From positions 88,033 to 152,032 of the forward strand of contig QPMI01000222.1 in NCBI GenBank assembly GCA_004431415.1: 64,000 nucleotides of DNA. The letters are read 5' to 3'. The position numbers were made by a program, and so were the translations under genes. The notes beneath the pieces were generated by a model. That model saw only the letters and a program-made list of their open reading frames with translations. It was not told the DNA's origin and searched no databases. How positions within the stretch are numbered: position 1 is the first letter of the stretch; each line of letters opens with the position of its first letter. This DNA comes from Cyanophora paradoxa CCMP329. Its lineage: Eukaryota > Plantae > Glaucophyta. Below, piece by piece: positions 51,101-62,600 of this stretch.

Positions 51101-51409
51101 GACATCGAGCAGGCGGCGCGCGAGGGCGCCTTCATCCACGGCCTCGTGCTCGAGGGCGCGCGCTGGGACGACAAGTCGGGCGCGCTGGACGAGCAGCGCC
51201 CCAAGGAGCTCTTCGCGCCCATGCCCGTCATCAACATCAAGGCCGTCACGGTCGACAAGGTCGAGGACCGCGGCAACTACGCCTGCCCCGTCTACAAGAC
51301 CCAGAAGCGCGGCAACACGTACGTCTTCACCGCCGGCCTCAAGACGCGCCTCCAGGCGAACAAGTGGGTCCTCGGCGGCGCGGCCCTCATCATGGACGTC
51401 GTCAAGTGA
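36144..51409 (+). CDS. ODA4: Axonemal outer-arm dynein heavy chain, beta-type (ODA4 / DNAH9-11-17 class); 26 exons, 4467 aa
   Basis: Introns 36156-36260, 36380-36450, 36569-36634, 36755-36823, 36950-37002, 37123-37180 (GC), 37322-37395 (GC), 37543-37622, 37932-38002, 38228-38312, 38667-38737, 38993-39086, 39627-39702, 41311-41366, 41541-41614, 42920-43001, 43080-43151, 43767-43837, 44484-44570, 44715-44788, 48679-48770, 48882-48944, 49241-49314, 49751-49816, 50188-50265 leave 13404 nt (4468 codons including TGA). P-loops [32 protein letters not shown]; also YEYIGN...[21 protein letters not shown], a stalk/MTBD and C-terminal CPVYKT. No kelch N-terminus. The symbol reflects class-level similarity, not tested orthology. 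Confidence 0.97.
44490..44542. repeat. (GCCCC)n intronic microsatellite
   Basis: About 10 GCCCC units inside dynein intron 44484-44570. Confidence 0.9.
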
Positions 51410-52286
51410 GCGGCGCTAGTGCAGCTGCGCTCCACCGTCGTCGTTGTTCTGCGCGCGCGCATCGGCGCCCCTTCGCTTATCATCGTTTCTGTTGCTGTAC
51501 CATAGCTATGCAGATCTATAGTCAGTTAACTAGATGCAGGTTTAGATTGAGCTTGAGGAAATGATATGGATTATTTGCCATCGATGCGTCTCCCCGCGGG
51601 CCGAGCCGGGACTGGTGAACATGCACGCGTACGCGGCGACAGGCGACTCTGCCGCTGCGAGTCTCGTTGCACCGGGCCTTGACCTTCTAGTTTGAACTTG
51701 CCTAGGCCTTGCCGACGCGTACGTGTGCCGGCGCGGCTGCAGGCCTGCCCGTGCCCATGCGGCCGATCGAGGCGAACTGCTAACTGCAGGTACCCCCCGC
51801 GCGCTTCGGGGCCCGGACTCCGCCGACTCCGCCGACTCGCGCTGCGACGCCGCCGAGCTCAGCTTCAGTACTAGATCTAAGCATAGCTATATATAGGTTT
51901 AGACAGTCTTGTGCAGCCGGACCAGACGAGACGAGTATGCATTGCGACCGCGTCGATCAGCGTTGGTAAAGCCTTGAAGCAATAGAACCTGCGACGGCAC
52001 GAACCGGAAGCGCGTTGTGAGCGGCGTGCGCGGAGCTAGCTGCAGCTGGAGTACGAGCTAAGCTCCGGCGCCATCGATGCACGATCGAACCGCGCCCGCG
52101 CGCCCGTGAACCGCGCTGGCCATGAAGCGCTGATCTAAGCGGCCCGATAAACGGTTCGTGCCGCGTCAGCGCTGTCGGATCGCGCGGCCGCTGCCGGAGT
52201 GCTGCAGCGCCACCGCGCGGAACCGCGGCTCGCGGCGGCGGGTTGCTGACGTCGATGACGATCCGCGTCGCAGATCAGTTTCGCTT

Positions 52287-53933
52287 ATGGGGGCCGACCG
52301 CGAGGGAGCCGAGCCGCACGCGCTCGCGCCCGTGGACCTGCGCCCGCTGGAGGGCGTGCGCGGGGCCTGCGCGGCGCTCATTCTGCTGGGGCACCTCCTT
52401 ACCCGCTGGGTCTCCTGGCGCGACGTCGAGCTGGCGCTGGAGGGCGGCGCCGGCGTGCGGGCCGAGCTGCCGGGCATCCACGCCGTGCCCCTCGAGCACT
52501 TCTCCTGCGTCACCTGCTTCTTCGTCCTCTCGGGGTTCACGCTCGCCGCCGTGCACCCGGCGCTCTCCTTCCGGCGCCCCGCCGTATACGCCTTCCTCTG
52601 GCGCCGCCTCGCGCGGCTGGCCCCCGTGTACCTCCTCGCGCTGCTCGCGTGGCTCCTGCCGGCGGCGGCGCGCATCGCCGGCGGCGGCGGCTCGAGGGAT
52701 GTCGTCGACGACGTGCTCTTCCTCTTCGAGACGGCCGTCGTGCGGGCGCTCGGCCTGCAGTCCTTCTTCGGTGCGTACGTGCGGTACACCCCACTCCGCT
52801 TCGTTCGCCTCTGCCCACTCTGCCGCGCCGCGCCTCCGTGACGCGGCTGGCCGCCTCGCCCCGCGCAGCCGAGTACGCTACGGCGGACCACCTCTGGACC
52901 GTCGGCGCCCTCTTCGTGTGCTACGCGCTGTATCCCCTGGGCCTGGCACTGCTCCGCGGCCGCTCGGCCGGCGCCCTGGCCGCCGCCTGCGGGGCGCTCT
53001 GGGCGGCCTCCTGCGGGGCCGCCCTCCTCGTCTTCCGGCGGGCGCCGACCCTGGAGGGCCTGAGCTTCCTCCACATCTTCCCCGCGTTTCGCGTACCCCA
53101 GGCCCGCCCCTCCCCCAGCCCCGGCTTGGATTAGATTAGATCTGCGCTCTGACGGCTGCCCAGTTCTTCTGCGGAGTCTGCTGCGGGCTGCTGGCCACGC
53201 GGCACGGCGGCGCGCTCAAGAGGCGGCTCGGCGACCCCACCCGGATCGCGGAGCTCTGCACCGCCATCCTCGTCGGCGTGAGCGCACTCTCTCTTTTCCA
53301 AGTCCCGCCGCCCGCCCGGCCGACTCTGTTCTGAAGCGCCCCGTCCCGTCCCGCCCGCAGAACATCGTCTACCTGCTCTGGTACGCCCGGGGTCCCCGCG
53401 CCTACGTGCAGTGGATCCTGCACACGCAGTGCGCCGCTTTTCATCTCTTCAAATAACGATCAACTCTTTCTTCGGCTCTCTGATTATAAGCGCGCGCGCG
53501 CCGCAGCCGGGCCGAGTTCGCGATGGTACCCGTGCACTGCATCTGGCTCCTGGCCCTCTCCTCGCCCCCTGCCCGCGGGGCCGGGGGCCCCGGCCCCTCC
53601 GCCCGCCTTCTCTCCTCGCCGCCCCTCCGCCTCCTCGGGCGCGTCTCCTACTCGCTCTACTGCCTCCACATGCCCGCCATCGAGTACCTGGCGATCGCCC
53701 TCGCCCTCCTAGGAGGCGGCGCCGGCCTCCCCGGCATGCGGGAGGTCGGGGGCACTTTGGGGTACTTCTGCTTCGGCCCGGGCGCCGTCCTGCCCCTCTG
53801 CGCGGCCTGCGGCCTCCTCGCGTGGCTCGCGGAGCGATCGGTGGAGGGGCCGGCGCGGCGGGCGCTGCTGCGCCGCGCCGGCGCCGCCGGCGGCGGGCGA
53901 GCTGAGGAGAAGGCCGAGCCGCGGGACCTGTGA
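52287..53933 (+). CDS. Acyltransferase-3 (OafA/YrhL-like) polytopic membrane O-acyltransferase
   Basis: LEGVRGACAALILLGH (R-x10-H), VTCFFVLSGF, FLWRRLARLAPVY, HLWTV, FFCG, LLSSPPLRLLGRVSYSLYCLH and AERSVEGP occur in the AT3 order across spliced exons; TGA at 53933. Confidence 0.88.
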
Positions 53934-54220
53934 CCGTAGTATTTCTAAACGTTTCGAGCTCGACAGTACCATTGATCATGACGTCGAACGCCGGATATGT
54001 AGCGCGGCGCCGGCATTGTAATCGCCCCGAAACCGAAACCGAATCCGTTTTGAAGCATCGCCCTTAAGCATCCCCTTCACGTTCCGAAACCTCGCCCCTT
54101 CGCCCCGCGCGCGGCGTCGAGGAGTGAAAAAGGGGCCGCAGTCACATTACATCGCCGCAGGGGCCCAGCCAAAAAAAGGGGCCGCCGCCGCCAACCCGGC
54201 GAGGCGGGGCGGGGCGGCGG

Positions 54221-54466
54221 TCAGAAGTTGGACCAATACTGCTGCCCGGCGGAGGGCCCGAAAGTGAGGGGCGGCGCCTGGAAGGCGTCAAAGGGCGAGT
54301 GGGCCCCGTTGGGTATACCCCCCGGGGCCCCCCCGGGGCCGGCCCCCAGGGGGGACGCCCCCACCGAGTGCGCGTGCGGCGGCCCGAAGCCGGGCGCCCG
54401 CTGCAGCTGCGCCTGCGCCGAAAGCTGCGGCTGCGCCGGCGCGAGCCCCCCCACAGGGCGGCGCCA

Positions 54467-54509
<43 letters not shown>

Positions 54510-57500
54510 GGCCCGGGCCGCGCTGCGCGGGAGGGCCGATGGGCGCCCGCTGCTGTTGCTGCTGGAGCTGCTGCTGCAGGCCTAGGCCCGACTGCGCCTG
54601 AAGCTTGCTCAGGGCCGTCCCAAGCCGCCCCCGAAGGCTGCCTGGATAGACGCCGGCGACGGCGGCGGCTCCTGTGCATGCGGCGCCGCGCGCCAGATCG
54701 CGTCGCCGGCGAGCGTCGAGGGCAGGTCGTCGGCGTCGACGCCGGCGCCTCGGAGGAGGCCCGTGAGGCCACCCGCGAAGCCCCCGAGCCCCGCGTCCTC
54801 GCCCGAGAAGAGCTTGTACTCCCGCGGCGCCGCCGAAGAAGAGGAAGAGGGCGACGGGGCCGGCTCCGCGCGGAGCGGCTCCGAGCGCGCCCGCAGCGGC
54901 GCCGCCATCGCCACCGCCGCGGCGGCGGCGGCGGCCGCTGCCGCCGCCGCCGCTGCCTGTGCCTGTGCATGCGCGATCATCTGCTGCTGCTGCTGATGAT
55001 GCAGCTGCTGCTGTTGCAGCTGCTGTTGCTGCAGTTGCTGCTGCTGCTGCAGTTGTTGTTTCTGTTGCTGCTCCGCGGCACGCGCAAAGAGAGCGGCGGG
55101 GGAGGAAGCGACTCGCGGCGCGGGCCCGACGGGAGACCGTAGCGAGCCGGCGGCGGCGCCGCCGGCCGAGCCGAGGGAAGAGGGGCCCCCGTCGACAGAG
55201 ACGCCGAGGGCGCCTGCGGCCGGCCTCAGCGCCGCGCCGGCCGCCAGCTGCCCGGCCGCGGCGGGCGCACCGCGTGAGGGAAGGGAAGAAACCACAGGAG
55301 CCGCCGTGCCGAAGCCGGGGGCGGACACCTGCGTGGGCGGGCGGGGCGGGTAAGGGAAGAGCCGACGGGGCGCGAGGGCGGGCAGGGCGGGGCACGCGCC
55401 TCGTGCGGGGTGAGGGGCGTGGATATGGCGAGCGGGGAGAGGGAGAGGTCGTCTCGGGGGGCGCGGCCGCTGCTGCGGCCGATGACGCGCCAGTCGGCCG
55501 CGGCGCCGGCGGCGCCGGCGGCGGCGCCGCCGCCGGAGCGCGCCCCCCGGCGGAGCCCGAAGGGGAGGGGAAGGGCTCGTAGGGGCGCGGGGCGTCGGCC
55601 TCGTACCCCCGGGGGGGATGACCAGGGGCGGGGGTAGGCCCGGGGCGACCCCGGCGGGGGCGAGGGGCGGGCGCGGGCGCGGGGGCGAAGGGGCGGAGGC
55701 GGGCGGGGAAGGTGCGGGGCGGCGGGGCGGCCGGGGCGGGGCGGGGATGGGGCCGGGTGCTGAGGAGCGCCCGCGGCGGGGGCTCCCACGCCGGCCGCGC
55801 AGGGGCAGAGGCGGGGCGGGGGCGGAGGCGGGGGCCGCGGGGCGGGCGGCGGCCGCGGGGCCGCGCCGCCGCGGAGGGCTGCTGCTGGCCCCTCCCAGGC
55901 TGCCCCTGCGCGGCTGCCGCCGCCGGCGCCGCCCCTCGGCCCGTTCCCAAGGCCGGAGTTGTCTGCGGACGGCGGCTGGGCCCCCGCGCCGGCCCGCCGG
56001 CCGCCGCGCCGCGCCCGGCGCCCTGCTGCGCAGCCGCGGAGCCGCCCGCCCTCCCGCGGCCGCCGCGGGCGCGGCCGTCGCCGGCCGGCCGCCGTCCTTG
56101 CGGGCGCCCTGCTGCTGCTGCTGCTGCTGCTGCTGAGAGCCCGGCGGCGACCCCGCCGCCGCCTGCTTCGCCGCCTGCTTTGCGCTGGCCGCCTGCTGCT
56201 GCTGCTGCTGCTGCTGCTGCCTCGCGGCCGCTTGCGCCTGCTGCTGCTGCTGCCTCGCCGCGGCCGCCGCGCGCTCCTTCTCCTCGCGCTCCTTGCGCTC
56301 GCGCTCCTTTTTCTCCCTCTGCTTGCGCTCCTCCTCCTCGCGTTGCCGCTTCTTCTCGTCCTCCTTCCGCTTGCGCTCCCGTTCCTTCCGCTCCTCCTCC
56401 TCGCGCCGCCTCCGCTCCTCCTCCTCCCGCTGCCGCTTCTCCTCCTCGCGTCGCCTCCGCTCTTCTTCCCTTCGCTCCTCGTCCTCCTTCCTCCTGCGCT
56501 CCTCTTCCCGCCGCTTGCGCTCCTCCTCCTCGCGCTGCCGCCTCTTCTCGTCCTCCTTGCGCTTGCGCTCCGCCTCCTCCTTCTCCTTTCGCCTCTCCGC
56601 CTCTTCTTTCTTCCTCTTCTCCTCGGCCTCCCTCTCCCGAGCCTTGACGTCGTCCTTCGGGGGCGGCGCCGGCGCCGCCGGCGGCGGCGGCTTGGGCGCG
56701 TCAGCCGCCGCCGCCGCCGCCTCCGCCGCAGCCGCCGCCTTCGCCGCCGCCGCCTTCTCCTTCTTCTTCTCCTTTTTGGACTTGGCGGGAGCCGCCGGCT
56801 GCGCAGCGGCGGCGGCGGCGTCCGCCGGCTTGGGCGCGGCGGCGGATCCCGAGCCCGAGCCCGACGGGGCGGGCGGGGCCGGAGCGGGAGCCGAGGCCGG
56901 AGCCGGCGCGGGGCGGGGCGGGGCGGGGGCGGGCGGGCGGCGCTGGACGTCGAGGACGATGTCCGCCTTGAAGCCCGAGGCGACGGCGGCGCGGATCAGC
57001 TCCGCGACTTGGCTGGGCGAGGTGGCGGGGCCCAGAAGCTCCATGGGGTACACCGGGATCGACGAGAGCGGCGCCGAGAGCGAGCCGATTGCCAGCGTCG
57101 CCGAGAGCGCCGCCTCCTCCCGGTGCTGCCGCGGCGGCGAGTCGCCGCCCCGGGAAGACCCGCCGGCGCGCGCCTTGCGGCCGCCGACGTCGCCGACGGC
57201 GACCGCCGCCTCCCCGCCGGCCGCCGCCTCGCACGTGCTGCTGCTGCCGCTGCCGCTGCCGGCGCTCTCCTCGCTCGAGTCCCGCCGCCGCTTCTGCCCG
57301 CCGGCCGAGGAGGACGAAGACGGCGAGTTCTGCTTGCCCCCGCGCTCGCCCGCGCCGACGGCCTGGAAGGTGGGCGGGGCGATGGACGAGATTGCCCCCG
57401 CGAAGGAGAAGGGGAACGGGAGCGCGCCGCCGGCGCCGGCCTCAGCGCTCACGCGGTCGATCACGAGGGTGCGGAGCAGGTCGAGCCCCACGCTCTCCAG

Positions 57501-57597
57501 CGACCGGCTCAGCTGCGACTGCGCCGAGGCCGCCGCCGCCGCCGCCGCCGAGGCCGCAGAGGACCCCGAGGCACCCCCGGCCGGCCCAGACCCCGCA

Positions 57598-57641
<44 letters not shown>

Positions 57642-59270
57642 TGAAGCCTGCGGCGCGGCCTTGCCGCCCGCTCCCGCCGACGCCGCCGCCGCCGCCGCCT
57701 CCGAGCCCGAGCTTACCGCCTTCTTCTCCTTGGCCTTATTCTTGCCCCCGATCGCCTGCTCCAGCTGAACGGTCATCTGCAGCGCCTCGCCGCCGGCCGC
57801 GCCGGCCTGCGACGAGCCGCCCTTGCCCGCCTTGCCGTCCGCGGCGGCCGGCGACGGGGAGGACGTGAGCTTCACGGTGACTGAGACGAGCCCGGCGTCC
57901 AGCAGCTCCCGCGTCGTCTTGCCCTTCGCGGCCGCCGCCAGCTGGCTCGCCGCCGAGCCCGCTTTCCTCGCCGCGCCGCTCGCTGCGGTGGCTGCGCGTG
58001 AGCCGCCGCGCGGCACGATCGGAAGGACAGAGGGGGCACCGTCGAGGGCCGCGTCGGCTTCGGGCGCGATCCACACGAGCCCGCTGTCGCCGCCGCCGCC
58101 GCTGCCGCTGCCGCTTGCGGCGGGCGCCGCCGCCGGTGCTGCTTCGCCGGCAGACTTGCTGGCAGGCTTCGCTGCCGGCGCAGCCGACGCCGCCGACGCC
58201 GACGCGGCCGGCGCAGGCGGCGGCGCCGCCGGCGTCGAGGCCGCGGCCGACGCGGGCGCCTTCTTCTCGCCCTCTGCTCTGGAGCTGCTGCCCGCGCGCT
58301 TCGTGCCGAGCTCGCCGCGCGCGATGGCGGCGGCGGCCGCCGCCGCGACGGCGCTGGCTCCCGCGTAGAACGAGTTGTTGTGCATGAGCGTGTAGACGCG
58401 TATCACGCCGCGCACGAACATGCCGAGCACGAATCGCCGGAAGGTGTGCACGCTCTTTTCTAGCGTCTCGTTTAGCACGCCGGCCAGCTTCGACTCGCCC
58501 GGCCTCTTGTCCTCCGTGTAATGGATCTGGCGGTGGCATCGGCGCGCGGATCGTGGAGAGCAAAGAGGAGAAACCGTGCGGAAAACGGCGCACCACCTTG
58601 ACGATGACCTCCAGGAACCGTCTGCTCTCCAGCAGGTCGGGCACCGTCAGCTCGGGGCAAATCGTCTGCAGGACCGACTGCGAGAAGTCCGGGCCTGAGG
58701 AGAGCACGAGTCAGATGTGAAGGAGGCGGACGCGGCGGGCTCGGCCCGTCCGAGTGGGATCAAACGGGCGCGAGAGGCTATCGGCGGTGGCGGCAGGCGG
58801 CAAGGGAGAGGCGAACGGCAACGAACCGAAGAACTTCTCTCGAGCTATCTGTTGTACATCATCCACGGTGACAGTGAGGATCCCTCGCCGAAGCGCCTCA
58901 TCTAGCTTGAGCCAGAACTCTCTGCGTGGGGGAAGCGGCGATCGGTCACGTGGATCCGCAGCGCAAAGCGATCGCGCTAGCTCTCCACGCCTCTGACGCC
59001 GCGGCCACGCGCGGAGATATCAATCGTGCCACATCGGCGCACCGGAACGCGGGCCCTTCGCTCTTCCAGAACTTGATCACATCCTCCTTCGCGAGGGCAG
59101 CCTCCTTCTCGACTTTCTCTAGCTCGCTGAGGAAGTGCCGTGCCTCTGTTGGCAGGGCCATCTCCTCCGATGTCGGCCCACGCCGGCCGCTCACCGCTGG
59201 CGATGTGCCAGCAGCAGAGCTACTGGGCAAGGGCGTGGACCTTGCTCTGGCGGCACGCTTCGATGTCTGT
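54221..59270 (-). CDS. Large protein of unknown function: helical N-terminal region, Ala/Ser/Gly low complexity, E/R/K single-alpha-helix tract, poly-Q
   Basis: Exons LSELEKVEKEAALAKEDVIKFWKSEG / EFWLKLDEALRRGILTV / VLQTICPELTVPDLLESRRFLEVIVK / IHYTEDK...FRRFVLGMFVRGVIRVY lead into ORF 54609-58478 (REEEERKRREEE tract ~56270-56650). The C-terminus QQYWSNF-stop needs frame changes at G/C runs. Start not fixed. Confidence 0.6.
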
Positions 59271-59614
59271 ACCCCAGTTCGAACTCAGTCAGTCTTAGTG
59301 ACTGAGTCTGTGCGAAGCTGTGCGGTCTTCTTGGCCGCCCGCTCGTTGCGTCCGACGTGATTCGGGCCCCTCGCGCGCCTCTCGAGCTCCCTCATCATCG
59401 GACTGCTGGATCTCTTAAGCTTGCGAAATCGCCGCCGCACACACGCAGGTGCGCATCTCGACGCCGTTTTCGCGTCTACGCGATGCGGAGAAGCGCTGTT
59501 CTCGTCCCGTTCTCGCGCCGTTCTCATTCTCTTGCAGCGGTCCGGTCAAGTGAATGCGCAAGCGGCCCGCCGGTCCGGCAGCAGCGTGAAGCAGTACTAA
59601 AGTGAAGCGCGAGC

Positions 59615-62600
59615 ATGTCGGCGATGTACATGTCGGCGGCCAGTTCAAGGTGGGCTTCCCTGACCGCGCCGTTCACCGCTTATATATATATCCGATCCGG
59701 CGTCCGGCCCGAACTCGCGTCCCCACATGCACGCGTACGCCCCATGGCCATTCGCTCATTATCATCCCCGACAGCTCCAGCTCCTTGCAAACGAAGCCCA
59801 TCGATCGCGATATATATAGGTAAATGGACCGTCGAAGACGTCGCGAACTGGCTGAGGAGGAATGCTTACAGCGATGCTGTGGTCGAGAAGTTCGTCCTTC
59901 AAAAGATAAATGGAGGTGCGTTTCCCGACCGCAGCGAATGACTGCTCTGCCTTCCTAGCACATCGCTGATTCTCCGCGATATCGATCCCGCGAAGATCTC
60001 CTGCGGAAGGTCAGCGAGCTGGGTTTCCACCCGAATTTCCTGAGTGATCTCGGAGTTGGCAGCAAGGTCAACTATCACGACGATCACTTCAAGTTTCAGA
60101 GGTGCGCCTGCCCTTCCCCCTTAAGCTGCCCCTTATAAGGCGCTGTAGCTAGCCAAATATATATAGCTATGCATAGGGCATACACCCGATCGACCTCGCG
60201 ATCGCTGGATGAAACACATTCGCATAGTTATGTTCAGTTTGAAACCGCTTCGTCGAAAGCTACTACGTATAAAAGGTGCGGTTGCTGGATGTTCAAATTG
60301 CGATTGAGCGTACGTTTTTCTAATCTGCGCATGCGTACTTGTCCCGGCGCCGGCCGCGGCCGCGCCCGCTCGCGACCGCCTGCAGATCCTCGCTGCTCCA
60401 ATGGAGCGTCTCCGACGTTGCGAACTGGCTGCGGAGTCTCGCCTACGTACAGCGACGACGTCGTTGAGAAGTTCGTTTCGCAGAATATCGATGGCGGTGC
60501 GCACCGGACCCCAAAACACGATCGATATCGCGACGTGCTTCCCGCGCCGCCCCGGCCCCGGCCCATCGCGCGCCTGATTTTTTGAGGGCGGCCAGAACGC
60601 TTGCGGAAGCTCGGCGAACTAAAGTACCACCTGAAGTACCTCATCGATCTCGAGCTCGGCGTTGGCAGCAAGGGTGATTTCGTGGACGATCATTTCGAGC
60701 TTGCGCAGTGCGTCTGCTCTAGATCTTGTTTCCATCCTGACTGCCGCCCACGCCACCCTTCCGAGTTAACGCTCTCACTATCAGGTTCATTCATAATGCT
60801 TCAGCCTCTGTCCTCGGTACGTTAGCGTTCTGCAGTGGGGCGCCGGTGGCGGATCCTTCAAAGAGCTGCAGCTCTAGATCTGGTTCGATCGCGAGGTGCT
60901 TATGATCAATCTCGCCCGTTTTGATTTCTGGAATCCTGATCCGCGGCCGCGACCCGCTCGCCCGCAGCTCCGGGTCCTCGCGAGCCAAGCTCGTGGCTCA
61001 ATGGGACGCGTGCGACGTCGGGAACTGGCTGCGGAGACTCGCCTACAGCGAAGACGTCATCGTGAATTTCGTCAGGCAGAAGATCGATGGCGGTGCGCAA
61101 CTCAACGCTTACCCAGCTGCAGCCCGTGGCCGTCGCTGGCGCTTGATCATGATTCTGCGCCGCCCTTTGTGGCCAGATCGCCTGCAGAAGCTCGGCAAAT
61201 TAAGTTCTCACCCGAACTACCTCATCGATCTCGGCGTTGGCGGCAAGGGTGATTTCGTGGACGATCACATGGAGTTAGCGGAGTGCGCCTGATTTATATT
61301 TGCTTCATCCCTATAGCAACCAGCGCCGGCGCTGCTCCTCCCGATCCGGATCCTTCCATGGCCAGTTACTTGTTGCCATATGCATGGCCAGTTAATCCCC
61401 TGCCCCAAACACTATTGGAGAGCATTTAATTTCCAATTGCCATGCCCTTGCCCCGCAAACCTGATTGCGCAGCTATGTAAGACGGGAAGCGAAAACCGCG
61501 GCGCGTGAGGCTTCTTCGACTGCTTCCTCTGCATCAGCCGCCGAAGCCCCCATGGCCATCGGACGTGTACAACCTCCGCTTCTTCTGCAACAGCCGCCAC
61601 AATCAGCGGCACCGGCCACTTTCGCCACTACGGGCAGGGCTTCAATCGCGAGCGCTAGCGGAGCCCCTCCGTCAAGCGGAGCGGACGCGGCCCCTGCTCT
61701 GGCCACTCGGGCAGTGCTTGCCCCGTCACCGCAGCCGCTGCCACCGCAGGCGAATGGAGAGCGGCGGGGCCTCGCGGCTCCGGATCCGGACGTGGCAGCG
61801 CTCCAGGCGGAGAACGCGGCGCAGAAGGCGGAGATCGCGCAGCTCCGCATCCGCCTCGCGGTGGCGGCGGAGGGGCAGCAGCAGCGGGCGGCGGCGCTGG
61901 CGGCGGCGCTGGCGGCGGAGCAGCAGCAGCAGCGGGCGGCGGCGCTGGCGGCGGAGAATGCAGGCCTGCAGGCGCGCCTCGCGCAGGCGGCGGAGGAACA
62001 GCAGCGGCGGACGACGGCGCTGGCGGCGGAGAACGCGGGCCTGCAGGCACGCCTCGCGCAGGCGGTGGAGGGGCAGCGGCGGGCGGCGGCGCTGGCGGCG
62101 GAGAATGCAGGCCTGCAGGCACGCCTCGCGCAGGCGGCGGAGGAACAGCAGCGGCGGGCGGCGGCGCTGGAGGCGGAGAATGCAGGCCTGCAGGCGCGCC
62201 TCGCATAGGCGGCGGAGGAACAGCAGCGGCGGGCGGCGGCGCTGGCGGCGGAGAACGCAGGCCTGCAGGCGCGCCTCGCATAGGCGGCGGAGGAACAGCA
62301 GCGGCGGGCGGCGGCGCTGGCGGCGGAGAACGCAGGCCTGCAGGCGCGCCTCGCATAGGCGGCGGAGGAACAGCAGCGGCGGGCGGCGGCGCTGGCGGCG
62401 GAGAACGCAGGCCTGCAGGCGCGCCTCGCGGTGGCGGCGGAGGGGCAGCAGCAGCGGGCGGCGGCGCTGGCGGCGGAGAACGCAGGCCTGCAGGCGCGCC
62501 TCGCGCAGGCGGCAGAGGAACAGCAGCAGCGGGCGGCGGCGCTGGCGGCGGAGAACGCAGGCCTGCAGGCGCGCCTCGCGCAGGCGGCGGAGGAACAGCA

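Noticed and set aside
36144-51409. Cytoplasmic dynein or kelch-bearing alpha heavy chain
   Set aside because: The P-loop set ([16 protein letters not shown]) and the N-terminus fit the beta-type axonemal class; no kelch repeats seen.
62206-62358. TAG reassigned to Gln (variant genetic code)
   Set aside because: The 4467-codon dynein has no in-frame TAG, other models end in TAG (7718, 33503), and the three TAGs look like copies of one mutation.
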